Below are positions 42,101-54,100 of a stretch of 64,000 nt of DNA, piece by piece. The notes beneath the pieces were generated by a model. It was not told where the DNA came from. It saw only the letters and a program-made list of their open reading frames with translations, and did not search any database. A program made the position numbers and the translations under genes. The stretch is from positions 100,628,001 through 100,692,000 of the forward strand of contig NC_086107.1 of assembly GCF_963921235.1 (NCBI RefSeq), read 5' to 3'. Position 1 is the stretch's first letter. Every line of letters begins with the position of its first letter. The DNA comes from Mobula hypostoma (taxonomy: Eukaryota).

Positions 42101-45100
42101 ACCTCCCCTCATTCTCGTACGCTCCAGGAAATAAAGTCCTAACCTATTCGACCTTTCCTTATAACTCATGTTCTCAAGTCCTGGCAAAACCCTTGTAAAT
42201 TTTCTCTGTACTCTTTCAATCTTCTATCTTTAATGTAGATAGGTGGCCAGAACTGCACACAATACTCCAAATTAGGCCTCACCAACGTCTGATACAGCTT
42301 CCCAATATCCCAACTCCTGGTCTCAGAACTATGATTTATGAAGGCCAATTTAACAAAAGCTCTCTTTACAGTCCTATCTACCTGTGACACCATTTTCAAG
42401 GAATTATGGATCTGTATTCCCAGATCCCTCTGTTCTACTGTGCTCCTCAGTGCCCTACTGTTCACTGTGTCCTACCTGGTTTACCCTCCCAAAGTACAAC
42501 ACATTATATTTGTTTGTACTAAATTCCATCTAACACTTTCAAAATGTTGGAGGAACTCAACAGGTCAGGCAGCATCTATGGAAAGGAATAAGTAGTAGTT
42601 TTTTTCAGGTCGAGACTCTGTCTGGACTGGTGTACTTAGTAAAGTGGCCACTGTGTACTTGCGCTACCAATATTTTTGCAGGCAGGTTTGTTAAAGATGT
42701 TGGGGAGGGTTTAAGCTAATTTACAGGGAGTTGGGAGCTGGAGTGAAGGGTCTCAGAATAGGGACAGATGGTAAAAAAGCAATGATAGCGTGCAGTCAGA
42801 CTGTCGGGAAGGGAGGGCAGATGATCAGGGTGAGTATCAGTGTATTAGGGATGCAGAATCAAAAAGGGTAGCAAGTACAGTACTCAGTACACAGAGAGTA
42901 TGAAATAAGGTGGATGTTCTTGTTGCACTTCTTACAGATTGTTGGGTATGATGTTGTGGCCATCACTGAGTTGTGGCGAAGGATGGTTGTAGTTGGGAAC
43001 TGAATGTCCAAGGTTACACATTGTATTGGAGGTATAGGAAGGTAGGCAGAGAGAGTGTCGTGGCTCTGCTGGTAAAGAATAGCATCAAATCATTAGAAGT
43101 ATGTGACATAGGATTGGAAGATGTTGAAACCTTGTGGGTTGAATTCAGAAACTGCAAGGGTGAAAGCACCTGAATGACAGGTATATACAGGCATCCAAAC
43201 AGTAGCTGGGATGTGAACTACTGATTATGATGGGAACTAGAAAAGGCATGTCAAAAGGGCGATGTGATAGCCATGGGAGATTTTTAACATGCAGGTAGAT
43301 TGGGAAAATTAGTTTGGTAAAGGATCTCGAGAGTGAATTTGTTGAATGCCTACAAGGTGACTTTTTAGAACAGTTTGACGTTGAGCCTACTAGGGGATCA
43401 GCTTTACTGGATTGGGTGTTATGTAATGAACCAGAGGTGAGTAGGGAGCTCCTAAAGGAATGCTTAACAGGCAGTGATCACAATATGATTGAGTTCAACT
43501 TGAAATTTGATAGGGAGAAAATAAAGTCTGATGTAGCAATATTTCAGTGGAGTAAAGGAAATTACAGTGGTATGAGAGGAGAGTTGGCCAAAGTAAATTG
43601 GAAGGAGATGCTGGCAGGGATGACAGCAAAGCAGCAATGGCTTGAGCTTCTGGGGAAAAATGAGGAAGAAGGTGCAGAATAGATGTATTCCAAAAACAAA
43701 GAAATACTCAAATGGCGAAATACTACAAAGGATAACAAGGGAAGTCAAAACTAATGTAAAAGCAAAAGAGAGGGCATGCAGCAAAGCAAAAATTAGCGGG
43801 AAGGTAGAGGATTGGGAAGTTTTTAAAAACCCTGCAGAATCGTTAGGGGGAAAAAGATGAAATATGAAAACAAGCTAGGAAGCAATATCAAGGTGGATAG
43901 ACAAAAAGCTTTTTCAAGTATATAAAAAATAAGATAGATGAAAGTGAATATAGAACCGCTAGAAAATGAGACCAGAGAAATAATAATGCAGGACAAGGAG
44001 ATGGCAGGTGAACTGAATGAGTATTTTGCATCAGTCTTCACTGTGGAAGACAGTAGCAGTGTGCCAGGCTTTGAAGGATGTGAGGGAAGACATGTCAGTT
44101 CAGTTACTATTACAAGGGGGAAGGTGCTCACAAAGCTGAAAGACCTAAAGGTACATATGTCATCTGGACCAGATGAACTGCACCCCAGGGTTCTGAAAGA
44201 GGTAGTGGTAGACATTGTGGAGGCATTAGTTATAATCTTTCAATAATCTTTGGACTCTTGCATGGTTCCGGAGGTCTGGAAAATTTCAAAGGTCACTCAA
44301 CTCCTTAAGAAAGGAGGGAGGCAGCAGAAAGGAAATTATAGACCAGTTAGCTTGACCTCAGTGGTTGGGAAGATGTTGGAGTCAATTGTTAAGGATGAGG
44401 TTATGACACTTGATGGCAGAGGACAAGATGGGACGAAGTCAGCATGGTTTCCATAAAGGAAAATCTTGATTGGAATTCTTTGAGGAGGTTGCAAGTAGGA
44501 TGGATAAAGGGATGTTGTATATTTGGACTTTCAGAAGGTCTTTGACAATGTGCCACACATGAGGCTGCTTACCAGGTTAAGAGCTCATGGTATTACAGAA
44601 AATTTACTAGCATGGTTACAGCATTGGCTGATTGGTAGAAGGCTGCGAGTGAGAATAAAAGGATCCTTTTCTGTTTGGCTGCCAGTGTCTAGTGGTGTTC
44701 TGCAGGGGATGGTGTTGGGACCACTTCTTTTTATGCTGTCTATAAGTGATTTAGATCAGTTTTTCTCAACCAGTAAATGTGCAGATTATTTTCTAAACAG
44801 GGAGAAAATCCAAAAATTTGAGATGCAAATGGTCTTGGGAGTCCTTGTGCAGAACACCCTAAAGGTTCACTTGCAGGTTGAGTTGGTGGTGAGGAAGACA
44901 AATGCAATGTTAGTATTCATTTCAAGAGGTCTAGAACATAACAGCAGGTATGTGATGCTGAGTCTTAATAAGGCACTGGTGAGGCCTCACTTTGAGTATT
45001 GTGAACAGCTTTGGGCTCCTTATCTAAGAAAAGACGTGCTGGCATTGGAGAGGGTGCAGAGGAGGTTCACAAGGATGATTCTGGGAATGAAACAGTTATC

Positions 45101-48100
45101 ATATGAGGAATGTTTGATGGCTCTGGGCCTGTACATTTACTACTTCTACCAAAGTGCATGACCGTGCATTTTTCAACATAGTATTTCATTTGCCACTTTC
45201 TTGCCCAGTCTTCTAATCAGTCTAAGTCCTCTGCTGCCTTCCTGTTTCCTCAACACTACCTGCCCCTCCACCAATCTTGATATTATTTGCAAACTGAGCA
45301 ACAGAGCCATCTATTCTGTCATCTAACTCAGGGTTTCTCAACCAGGGTTCCCTGAGAGGTTGCTCGGGGTTCCGTGAGAGATCATAATTTAAAAAATGGT
45401 CCCAATAGCGCCAATACCCTTGAATAGATGAATACCAGTGAATAGATGTTAACAACAATGACATAGGTACCACTTGAGCTTGGAGCCGAGGTGTTAATTG
45501 TCAGACCAGATTTTACTTCGTGATCTGATGATGTGTGATACTGAGATGGTCAACTGAAGGAGGAAACCCTGCTAATCTTCAGCTTGAGCATTTTTAAAAT
45601 TTCATTACAAACTCACTTTTTTAAAGTAAAATAATTTCACCTAACTTAGGAAAAACTGTTTTATATGATATTGCTAGGTGTATCAGTGAAGTATTATCTA
45701 TTTGATACTTTTACAATATTTCTTTATATTTATTGCAGAAGAAAAAGAATATATCTGCTTATCAGCTGTTTTGCAAGGAGTACCGGATTAATATTATTGC
45801 TGAGCATCCAGGAATAGGTAAGGGCTTTTATTTTTTTTTTACACATGACATGCAACATTAATTGTGCCTCTGCCATTTTCTATTTTTATTTCAGATTTTC
45901 AGCATCTCCCAGTTCTAGCTTTTCATGCTAGCTTGTTCATTATGGGGAGGGTGAGCAATACTCTTTCCTATATTAGATTCTGAAATAAGAAACAGGAGAA
46001 GGGACTGGTAGAACAGGTTAAGAAATAACTGACGATAAGAAAATAATTGATCCTTGTTCCCCTTGTGATCAGGAATTGATCCTTACTGTTTTATCATGGT
46101 ATCCTCTAAAGGGGGCTGTTCAACTCATCCTTGTTGCCCCATTATCACAGCTATTCAATTAGTTTTCTCCCTTTCAAGATTGCATGCAGTGTTGCTTTTA
46201 GGCAGTTTATTTCTGACATCTCCTTACATAAATTTCTTTCCTCATTGCCTTTCATATTTCTTCTAATTAAGTTAAATCTTTCAGATGAGTAGGGTGGAAG
46301 TTTATGCTAAGTGAGAATATGTTCCAGGAGGGCTTAGAAATGCTTTTCTTTCTCACACCAACACCGCCCCCCCCCCCCCGCCAAGCCACCACTTTAACCA
46401 TGCTCACCTCAATCAGCAACTTGTATCTGAGTTTACTCCATGCATTATGCCCTGTCCCACTAATGCAGTAGATGCAGATGCAGTACTTGATGCTGTACCT
46501 CAGTACCTTGATATGGCACAACATTGCAGGCCAAATGGCCTGTAATATGCTATAGATTTCTATGTTCAATGGTGCATGGCGCTTTGAAGGAAATATAGAG
46601 AGATGCATCTCGTCATTGAAGAAATTAATTTATATCCAAAGTGGCTTTAGTACTGTGTGGGAAACCACTACTGTATATAGGCAACACAGGAAAAACATTA
46701 TTGAAGGTTAAAAGTGATTGCCAGTGAATACTGTAATCATTTTTCACCCAGTTATAGCTTATTCTATATAATTTATAGGTCACTTTCTTTGACGTGGGTC
46801 TTCAGTTTCTTACTGAGCTGATCATGTGGAAATCGCATGAGCGTCAAATGAAAGTGATAAATTGGGTTGAACAAATACCTTGGAGATTCAAACTAGTGAG
46901 CTTGCACTTAATCACTCCATTGTGCATTGCAAATTCTGTGCTTAACTTGTGTCAAAATTGAATCTGAGCTGTTCAGTATGGGTGTGACAAGCTAATCATT
47001 TACTAGAGTGGACAGGCGTTATTGGTAAATGAGGACATCAATTTAAGATCATCATTAAAAGGTGGTCTTAATACTTCATTTTGATCCAAAGAGTTTCAAG
47101 GACATAATTGTTTAATGGAAGAAGAATCTGCATATGCATCCAACAAAAAAGTGCATAAGTCTAAAGGGAAAGATGATGTTTGTTCAAAGTTCAAGGTAAA
47201 CTTATTATCAAAGTACATATATGTCACCATGTACTACCCTGAGATTCATTTTCTTGTGGGCATACACAATAAATCCAATAACTGTAATAGAATTGATGAA
47301 AGACAGCCCCAACAGGCCAGACAACCAGTGTGCAAAAGGCAGCAAATGGTACAAATGCAGAAGTAACAATAATACTATAAATCCAGATACATCTATACCC
47401 AGACGTGTCTGCGTCCAGGTTGGAAAAATCCAGACGTGTCTGTGACCAGGTTGGGCAGTGCTCTGGTCAGCGTCTGTTCTCCATGTTAGGGGGGCTGAAA
47501 CTTAAACCTAGCTGTAGGTATAAAAAGCAATACTGTTTCACTTTAGAAATGGAGATATTGGTAACGGAACAGAGTGAGATGGCCACTGACTGGGGATCAT
47601 CAAGGCATGCCCGGAGCTAGCGCTGGACATCACTGTAAGCAAACCGCTAGTGGTGCACTGCTGGATAGGCGGGCAGGCACTGGGAAACCTGAAAACGCTA
47701 CTGCCAACATTCCAATTAGCCCACCAGCACCACAGGCTGCAGCTGCTGCAAGTGTTTCTCAGGGGAGCAGTCCACTTACATCTGAGGCCACTCAAACAGT
47801 TAAGAGAAGAAAGACACGCATGGTGCGGCCATTAGAAGTAAACACATTCAAAGCTCTGAGATTCATTTCTTCAAAGATTTTCCATGTGAAATTGTTCAGA
47901 AACGTTCTGGATTCGCTGACGTAATGCGTATGGCTTTTCAAAGACAGTTGCATCCATCTCTTCAATACTCAGCTAAATTAAGGCTTTTCGGCAAAAATTC
48001 TGGGGTTCGTATTTTTCAGGACCCAGCTGAAGCATTGCGTTTTATTAATTCTTTCCCTGACGAGTCTGAAGTCTGAAGTTTAAATGATTTACAATTGTTT

Positions 48101-51100
48101 GATTGTCTCGCGACGTAAGGAGTGATGAGGTTGGATGATTTGTTGGGTATTGAAAATCTTTGCCTTAAAATGTACTTTTACACAGTATTATCTACATAAA
48201 TCTTCAGGAAGCCACAGTACTAAACACCAGTAGAATAATCCGAAAGTTCCTAGCAGTTGACAAATAATCGTACTTGGCTATGCCTGTACCTCAGGTTTTA
48301 TCAGCTTGAGCTGAGAAAAATAATATGATAATTAATAAATATCAAGAACATGAGATGAAGAAGTTTTGAAAGTGAGTCCATAGGTTGTGGGAACAGTTCA
48401 GTTTTGGGGTAAGTGAAGTTGAGTGAAGTTATCCCTTTGGTTCAAGGGTCTTATGGTTAAGGGGTAATTACTGTTCCTGAACCTGCTGGTGTGGGTTCTG
48501 AGGCTTCTTCACCTTCTTCCTGATGGCAGCAGTGAGAGGAGAGCATGTCCTAGGTGGTGGGGGTTTCTAATGACGGATGCTGCTTTCCTGTGACAGCATT
48601 CCGTGTGGATGTGCTCAGTGGTTGGGAAGCTTTACCCATAATGTACTGGGCTGTATCCACTACTTTTTGTAGGATTTTCTGTTTAAGGGCATTGGTGTTT
48701 CCATATCAGTCTGTGAGGCAGCCAGTTAACCCACCACACATCTAACGAAGTCTGTCAAAGTTTTAGTTGACATGCTGAATTTTTGCAAACTCCTGAGGAA
48801 GTAGAGGCACTGCTATGCTTTCTTCATAATTGCACTTGTGTGCTGTGCCCAGGACACATCCTCTGAAATGATAACACTGAGGAATTCAAAGTTGCTGACT
48901 CTCTCCAATTCTGATCCCCTGATGAGGACTGACTCATGGACCTCCAGTTTCCTCCTCCTGAAGTCAATAATCAGCTCCTTGGTCTTGTGGACATTGAAAA
49001 TCTGGCTGAATGGTGCCACCACAACAACCTCTTAATCAATCTCTTTCCAATATGCTGATTCGTCACCATCTTTGATTTGGATCATATTAAGTTGGTATGG
49101 ACTAAGGGCAAGGGAATGAGACTGGTGGCTAGCTCTTTCAGAATGTACAACGTGACCACATTGTTTATGAAAGGAAACTACTATGGATGCTGGAAATTTG
49201 AAACAAAAACATAATGCTGGAAATGCTGTGCAGCTCGGGTGGCATTTACAGAAAGAAGAATTAATTCTATAACACCTCTCCACAATTATTGCTTGATCTA
49301 CTGAATTTCTTCTGTTTGTTTTATTTGATGAACCAATCTTAAAAGTAGTACATGATACCGGAGAGAGACTTTGGCTTAGGGGATGAGGTAACCAGCTTCT
49401 TAAACAAAGAAACAGCTGAAAACTCAGGAGATGGTTCATTTAGTTGTACAACAAAGTGACGTGCCATGTTTTCTGATGCAGTTTGTTGGAGGGTCAGTCC
49501 CGTGCTCCTATAAGTTGACAAGTTGTATCATTGTGTTTAACTATAACTTGGGGTCCAGCTACTTGCTGATGGTTGCGCTTGTCTTTGCCACAGATTTTGG
49601 TGAACTTAGCAAGAAGCTGGCCGAGGTATGGAAACAGCTTCCTGACAAGGATAAACAGGTAAGCCTGTCCTGTTGTTGTGCTGTATCCAGACTTCCCTTT
49701 GGAAGCTGAGCACACTATATTTTTCTTATTAGTACTATTATTATTACTATTATTATATTACTATGATTGCTATGTGGTTGGGGGAGGCATGGTAGCATAA
49801 TGGTTAGTGCAATCCCTACAGCACCAACAATCGCCTATTGGGGTTAAGAGATTCTGACATTTTTAATCCAAGGTTTTTTAGACATCAGGAACGAGGCACA
49901 AAACTTGTAGCTTCACAATTGTTTTATTTAGAGTTGATAGAACAGAGGAAAACTGAACAGGCGGTGCTGGAGAAAGCCAAGATCAAAGATGGCACTGCTT
50001 TGTATTAGCTACTTTATACCCAGAGAAAGGAGAAATTCCCTTCGTATCTATAGATAAGTATTAACCAATTAGGAAGTACTTATTCAATACTGCAATATTA
50101 AATTAACCAAGGAGGAAACACTTATTCACAAAATGGAGAAGAAAGAAGCTTCCGGAACTTCCTGGAATTATACTTTGTATAGCCACTAGAGGCACATTAA
50201 ACATTTATACGTACAAGGACTACTTAAAATGCAAGCAGATAATTAATTGTTAAACTGTAAGAAAATAACAATTAAATGGTTGAATCTAAGCATTAAGTAG
50301 TCAGATCCAACAGGGCTCAATTCCCCATTGCTGTCTGTAAGCACTTTATGTTTTCCTTGTGACCATGTGGGTTTCCTCTGGGTGCTCCTGTGTCCTCCCA
50401 CATTCTAAAGATGTTATGGGTTAATGAGTTATGGTCATGCAATGCTGGCGCTGGAAGCATGGCGACACTTGCGAGCTGCTCCCAGAACAGTTCTGGAGCA
50501 AAACAACGCATTTCACTGTATGTTTCGATGTACATGTGACAAATAAAGCTAATGTTTAATCTTTTAAAAAAAAATTGGCACTAGCCACACAGAGTTTAGA
50601 TAGATCAGAGTGGCTTGTTTGGCATTATTTTGATGATATACCTTCCATATATTTTGTGATTGGCTGGGAAGGCAAAGGTTTTCAGAGTTGATTTTAATTT
50701 TCTTCTCCTCTCTGAGATTGTGTCTTTGGAGGCAGGGTTTGAAGAAGGATTTGGTCATGATGCTCTTACTGCTATGGTTAGAGTTGACGTGCTCATAGAA
50801 GCACAATAATTACAATACAGGAGGAGCTCATTCAGTCATTGAAAAGCTTTGCCTTTTCATAAGAGCAATCCTTTGTATTGCTTCATGCTTCTTGTCTGTG
50901 GTCCTACATCTGTAAAATGCATGGTTTGATGTCTTAGCCAGTGCATTCCATGTCACCACTGTGTAAAAATTTCCTAGTGTTCTTTTATCAGCTATCTTAA
51001 ATTTATGTCCTGAATATCAAAACACTAAACTACAGATGCTAGTGAGCTAAAATTAAAACAGCAAATACCAGAAACGCTCACTCAGGTCAGGTAGCATCTG

Positions 51101-54100
51101 TGGAAAGAGACAGCAGAATTCCTGTTGTTTAGAGTTTAAGTATCAGGTCAAATATCCTTTGTCAGAACTCTCTTCAATTTCTTTGACTTTAAGTTTTAAC
51201 TCTGTTCCACTTCCCCGAAGATGTTGCCTGACCTGCTGGATGTTACCAGCATTTCGTGTTTTTAAGTGTATGCCCTCTTAGTTCTTGACCCACGAACCAG
51301 TGATAATTTTTCATGATTTTATAGACATTTTTCAGGTATTCTTTCAGCCTTCTTTAAGAATCACTCCAGATTTGAACTATTTCTGAAGTTCTTCAACACT
51401 GGGTCTGTTTGAGTAAATCTTGACAGTTCTTTATAAAGATTCATTATGATTTTCTTGCTTTTGAGCTGTATGTTTTTATTTCTAAATGCTACAGCCCCAC
51501 ACGCCTGCCTTTGAAGTCAGTCAGTTTCATGTGGTTGCAGTCTTGTTAATTGGACGCAGGCTTTTCTGAGAACGCTGTTAATGTATGACTGGATTGTGTC
51601 AGATTCTACAGCTAATAAACTATGCAACAACTCATTCAAAGCTAACACAAAGACTACTTATTGCTGATACAGACACATTACATAGAGAGCTTTTATTATG
51701 GAAAATGAGAAGGTTTTTCTTAAAATTCTAGGTATGGAAACAGAGGTGCCAATACTTGCAGCACAAGCAGAACAAAGCCGAGGCTATGACAGTGAAAAGG
51801 AAGCTCTCAGATTCACTGGAAGAGGCAGCTGTTAAACAGAAAGGTACTCAGCAATAAATCTGTTACATAAGGGCAATCCATCCTGCTTATCATGCACACT
51901 AAATACCTTGTGCATCACAATATCCAGTCAGAAGCTATGACCTAGAAGAGAAAATAAAACATTTAAATCCCGACTCAGCTGAGGGATTTAAAAAAAGAAT
52001 ATTTGATATTCACCTCCCGACCTCAGAGATGACAAAAGCTATTCCAGAATATACCAGGATATAACATTATGTTTCTCCATAGTTCCATGAAGCACCCATT
52101 TTTTTTATTCCATGGTCCCTGTTCTGCCCAGTAACAGGTTTATCTTTTTAAAATATTCCTTTTATTGGGTAGCATTTATTACCCTTATTACTCTTGTATT
52201 GTTGCTCTTCATCTGGTGAAGGTTCTCACACAATGTGTGTGGAGAGTGTTTCATGATTTAGACAGTAAAAGACCAGCGATTATATTTCCAGGTCAGGATG
52301 GTGAGTGAATTGGAGAGGTGGCGGTATTCCCACTTGTCTGCTGCCTTTGTCCTTTTTAGTGCTGAGAGACAAAGGTTTACAAGTTGATTCTTTCACTCTA
52401 AAGAAGGGGTTCCTTACCTTTTTTACATCCTGGACCAATACCATTAAGTAGGGGGTCTGTGGACCCCAGGTTGGAAATCCCTGCTCTAAAGTATTTTAGT
52501 GCATGTTTATATTATGAATGGTCCAAAAGCATATATTGCAAGTTGAACTTTATTTAACTTTAAATTCTTGCTATACTTGTTTTGTTTTGCATCGTGACAT
52601 TTCGTCGGTTTAATCTACAGCCAATGTTGCACTCTGTGGATGATTTTAGCTGTAAAGCTTAGACTACAAAAGCTGAGCTTTTCCCAAGAAAGGGCAGACA
52701 GGTTTTTTTTCAAATTGTGCTCATCATGCTTAGGATCCGGAGAAATAATCATTTTGTTCTCTTTTACGCTCGTTTAATGATGAATCACAATAAACAATCT
52801 TGAATAAGGGATTTTGAAAGAAATGATGATGGGGTGAATACAACAACCATTGGGCATGGGTTCAAAAGATGAGCAAAAGGTACACGAGGCATGTAAGAAC
52901 ATATGTTTTTATTCAGACTAGAACTGATCTAGGAACTCACTGCTTACAGTCCTGACGAAGGGTCTCGGCCTGAAACATCGACTGCACCTCTTCCTACAGA
53001 TGCTGCCTGGCCTGCTGCGTTCACCAGCAACTTTGATGTGTGTTGCTTGAATTAATCCAGCATCTGCAGAATTCCTGTTGTTTGCTTATAGAGATGGTGG
53101 ATTTGGATTTTCAAGAGGGAATTGGAGACCTGAGAGGCAACGTTAAGGCCAGTTGCAGAGGGAGACACAGGTTTTGGAGTATGTTGGTTAGAACTGAGGG
53201 TATGACGGCGTTGAATGCTGAGCAGTAATCAATAAACACCAGCCTGACATGGGTATTACTATTGTCCAGGTGATCCAAGGCCAAGTGAAGAGTCACTGAG
53301 ATTGCATCTACTGTAGACCTATTGTGGTGATAGGCAAATTGCAGCAAGCCCAGGGCCTAGCCTTGACCTACCTTTCAAAGCACTTCATCACAGTAGATAT
53401 AAGTGCCAATGGGTGATAGTCATTGAGGCAGCTTAACCAGTTCTTCTTGGGCACTTGTGTGATTGTCACCCTTTTAAAGGAGGTGGGAGCCTTCTACTGC
53501 AGCAGTGGGAAGATGTTCTTGGACACTCCCATCAGTTGGTTGGCACAGGTTTTCAGAACCCTACTGGTACACCATCAGGGCCTGATGCCCTGCGAGGGTT
53601 CACCCTCTTGAAAGGAGTTCTGACATCGGCCTCCGAGACAGAGATCACAGGGTCACAAGATGCTCTGACATCGGCCTCCGAGACAGAGATCACAGGGTCA
53701 CCAGATGCTGCAAGGATTTGCACAGGCGTACTGTAGTTTGTTCTCCCTTTCAAAGTGCACAAAAGGCATTGGGCTCGTTTGGCAGTGAAGCATCACAGCA
53801 ATCAATGATGTTTTGTTTCACTTTGTCGGAAGTAATGGCCTGCAAACCCTGCCAGAGCTGTTGTGCATCTGATTCCATCTCTAATCTCAAATGGAATTGT
53901 TTTGTGCTTTTAAGATATCCTTCCGTAAGTCGTATCTGGACTTCTTGCATAGCTCTGGGTCACCAGTCTTGAATGCCACAGATCTAGTCCTCAGCTGACT
54001 ACGAATCTCCTGGTTCATCCATGGCTTTTGGTTTGGTTATGTCTAGTACGTTCTCAAAGGCACGCACTCATCCACACAGATCTTGAGAAGTTGGTGAAAA

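Noticed and set aside
53619..53708. 45-bp direct repeat (CRISPR-like or coding repeat)
   Set aside because: Simple two-unit tandem duplication inside a dead LINE; no spacers; eukaryotic context.
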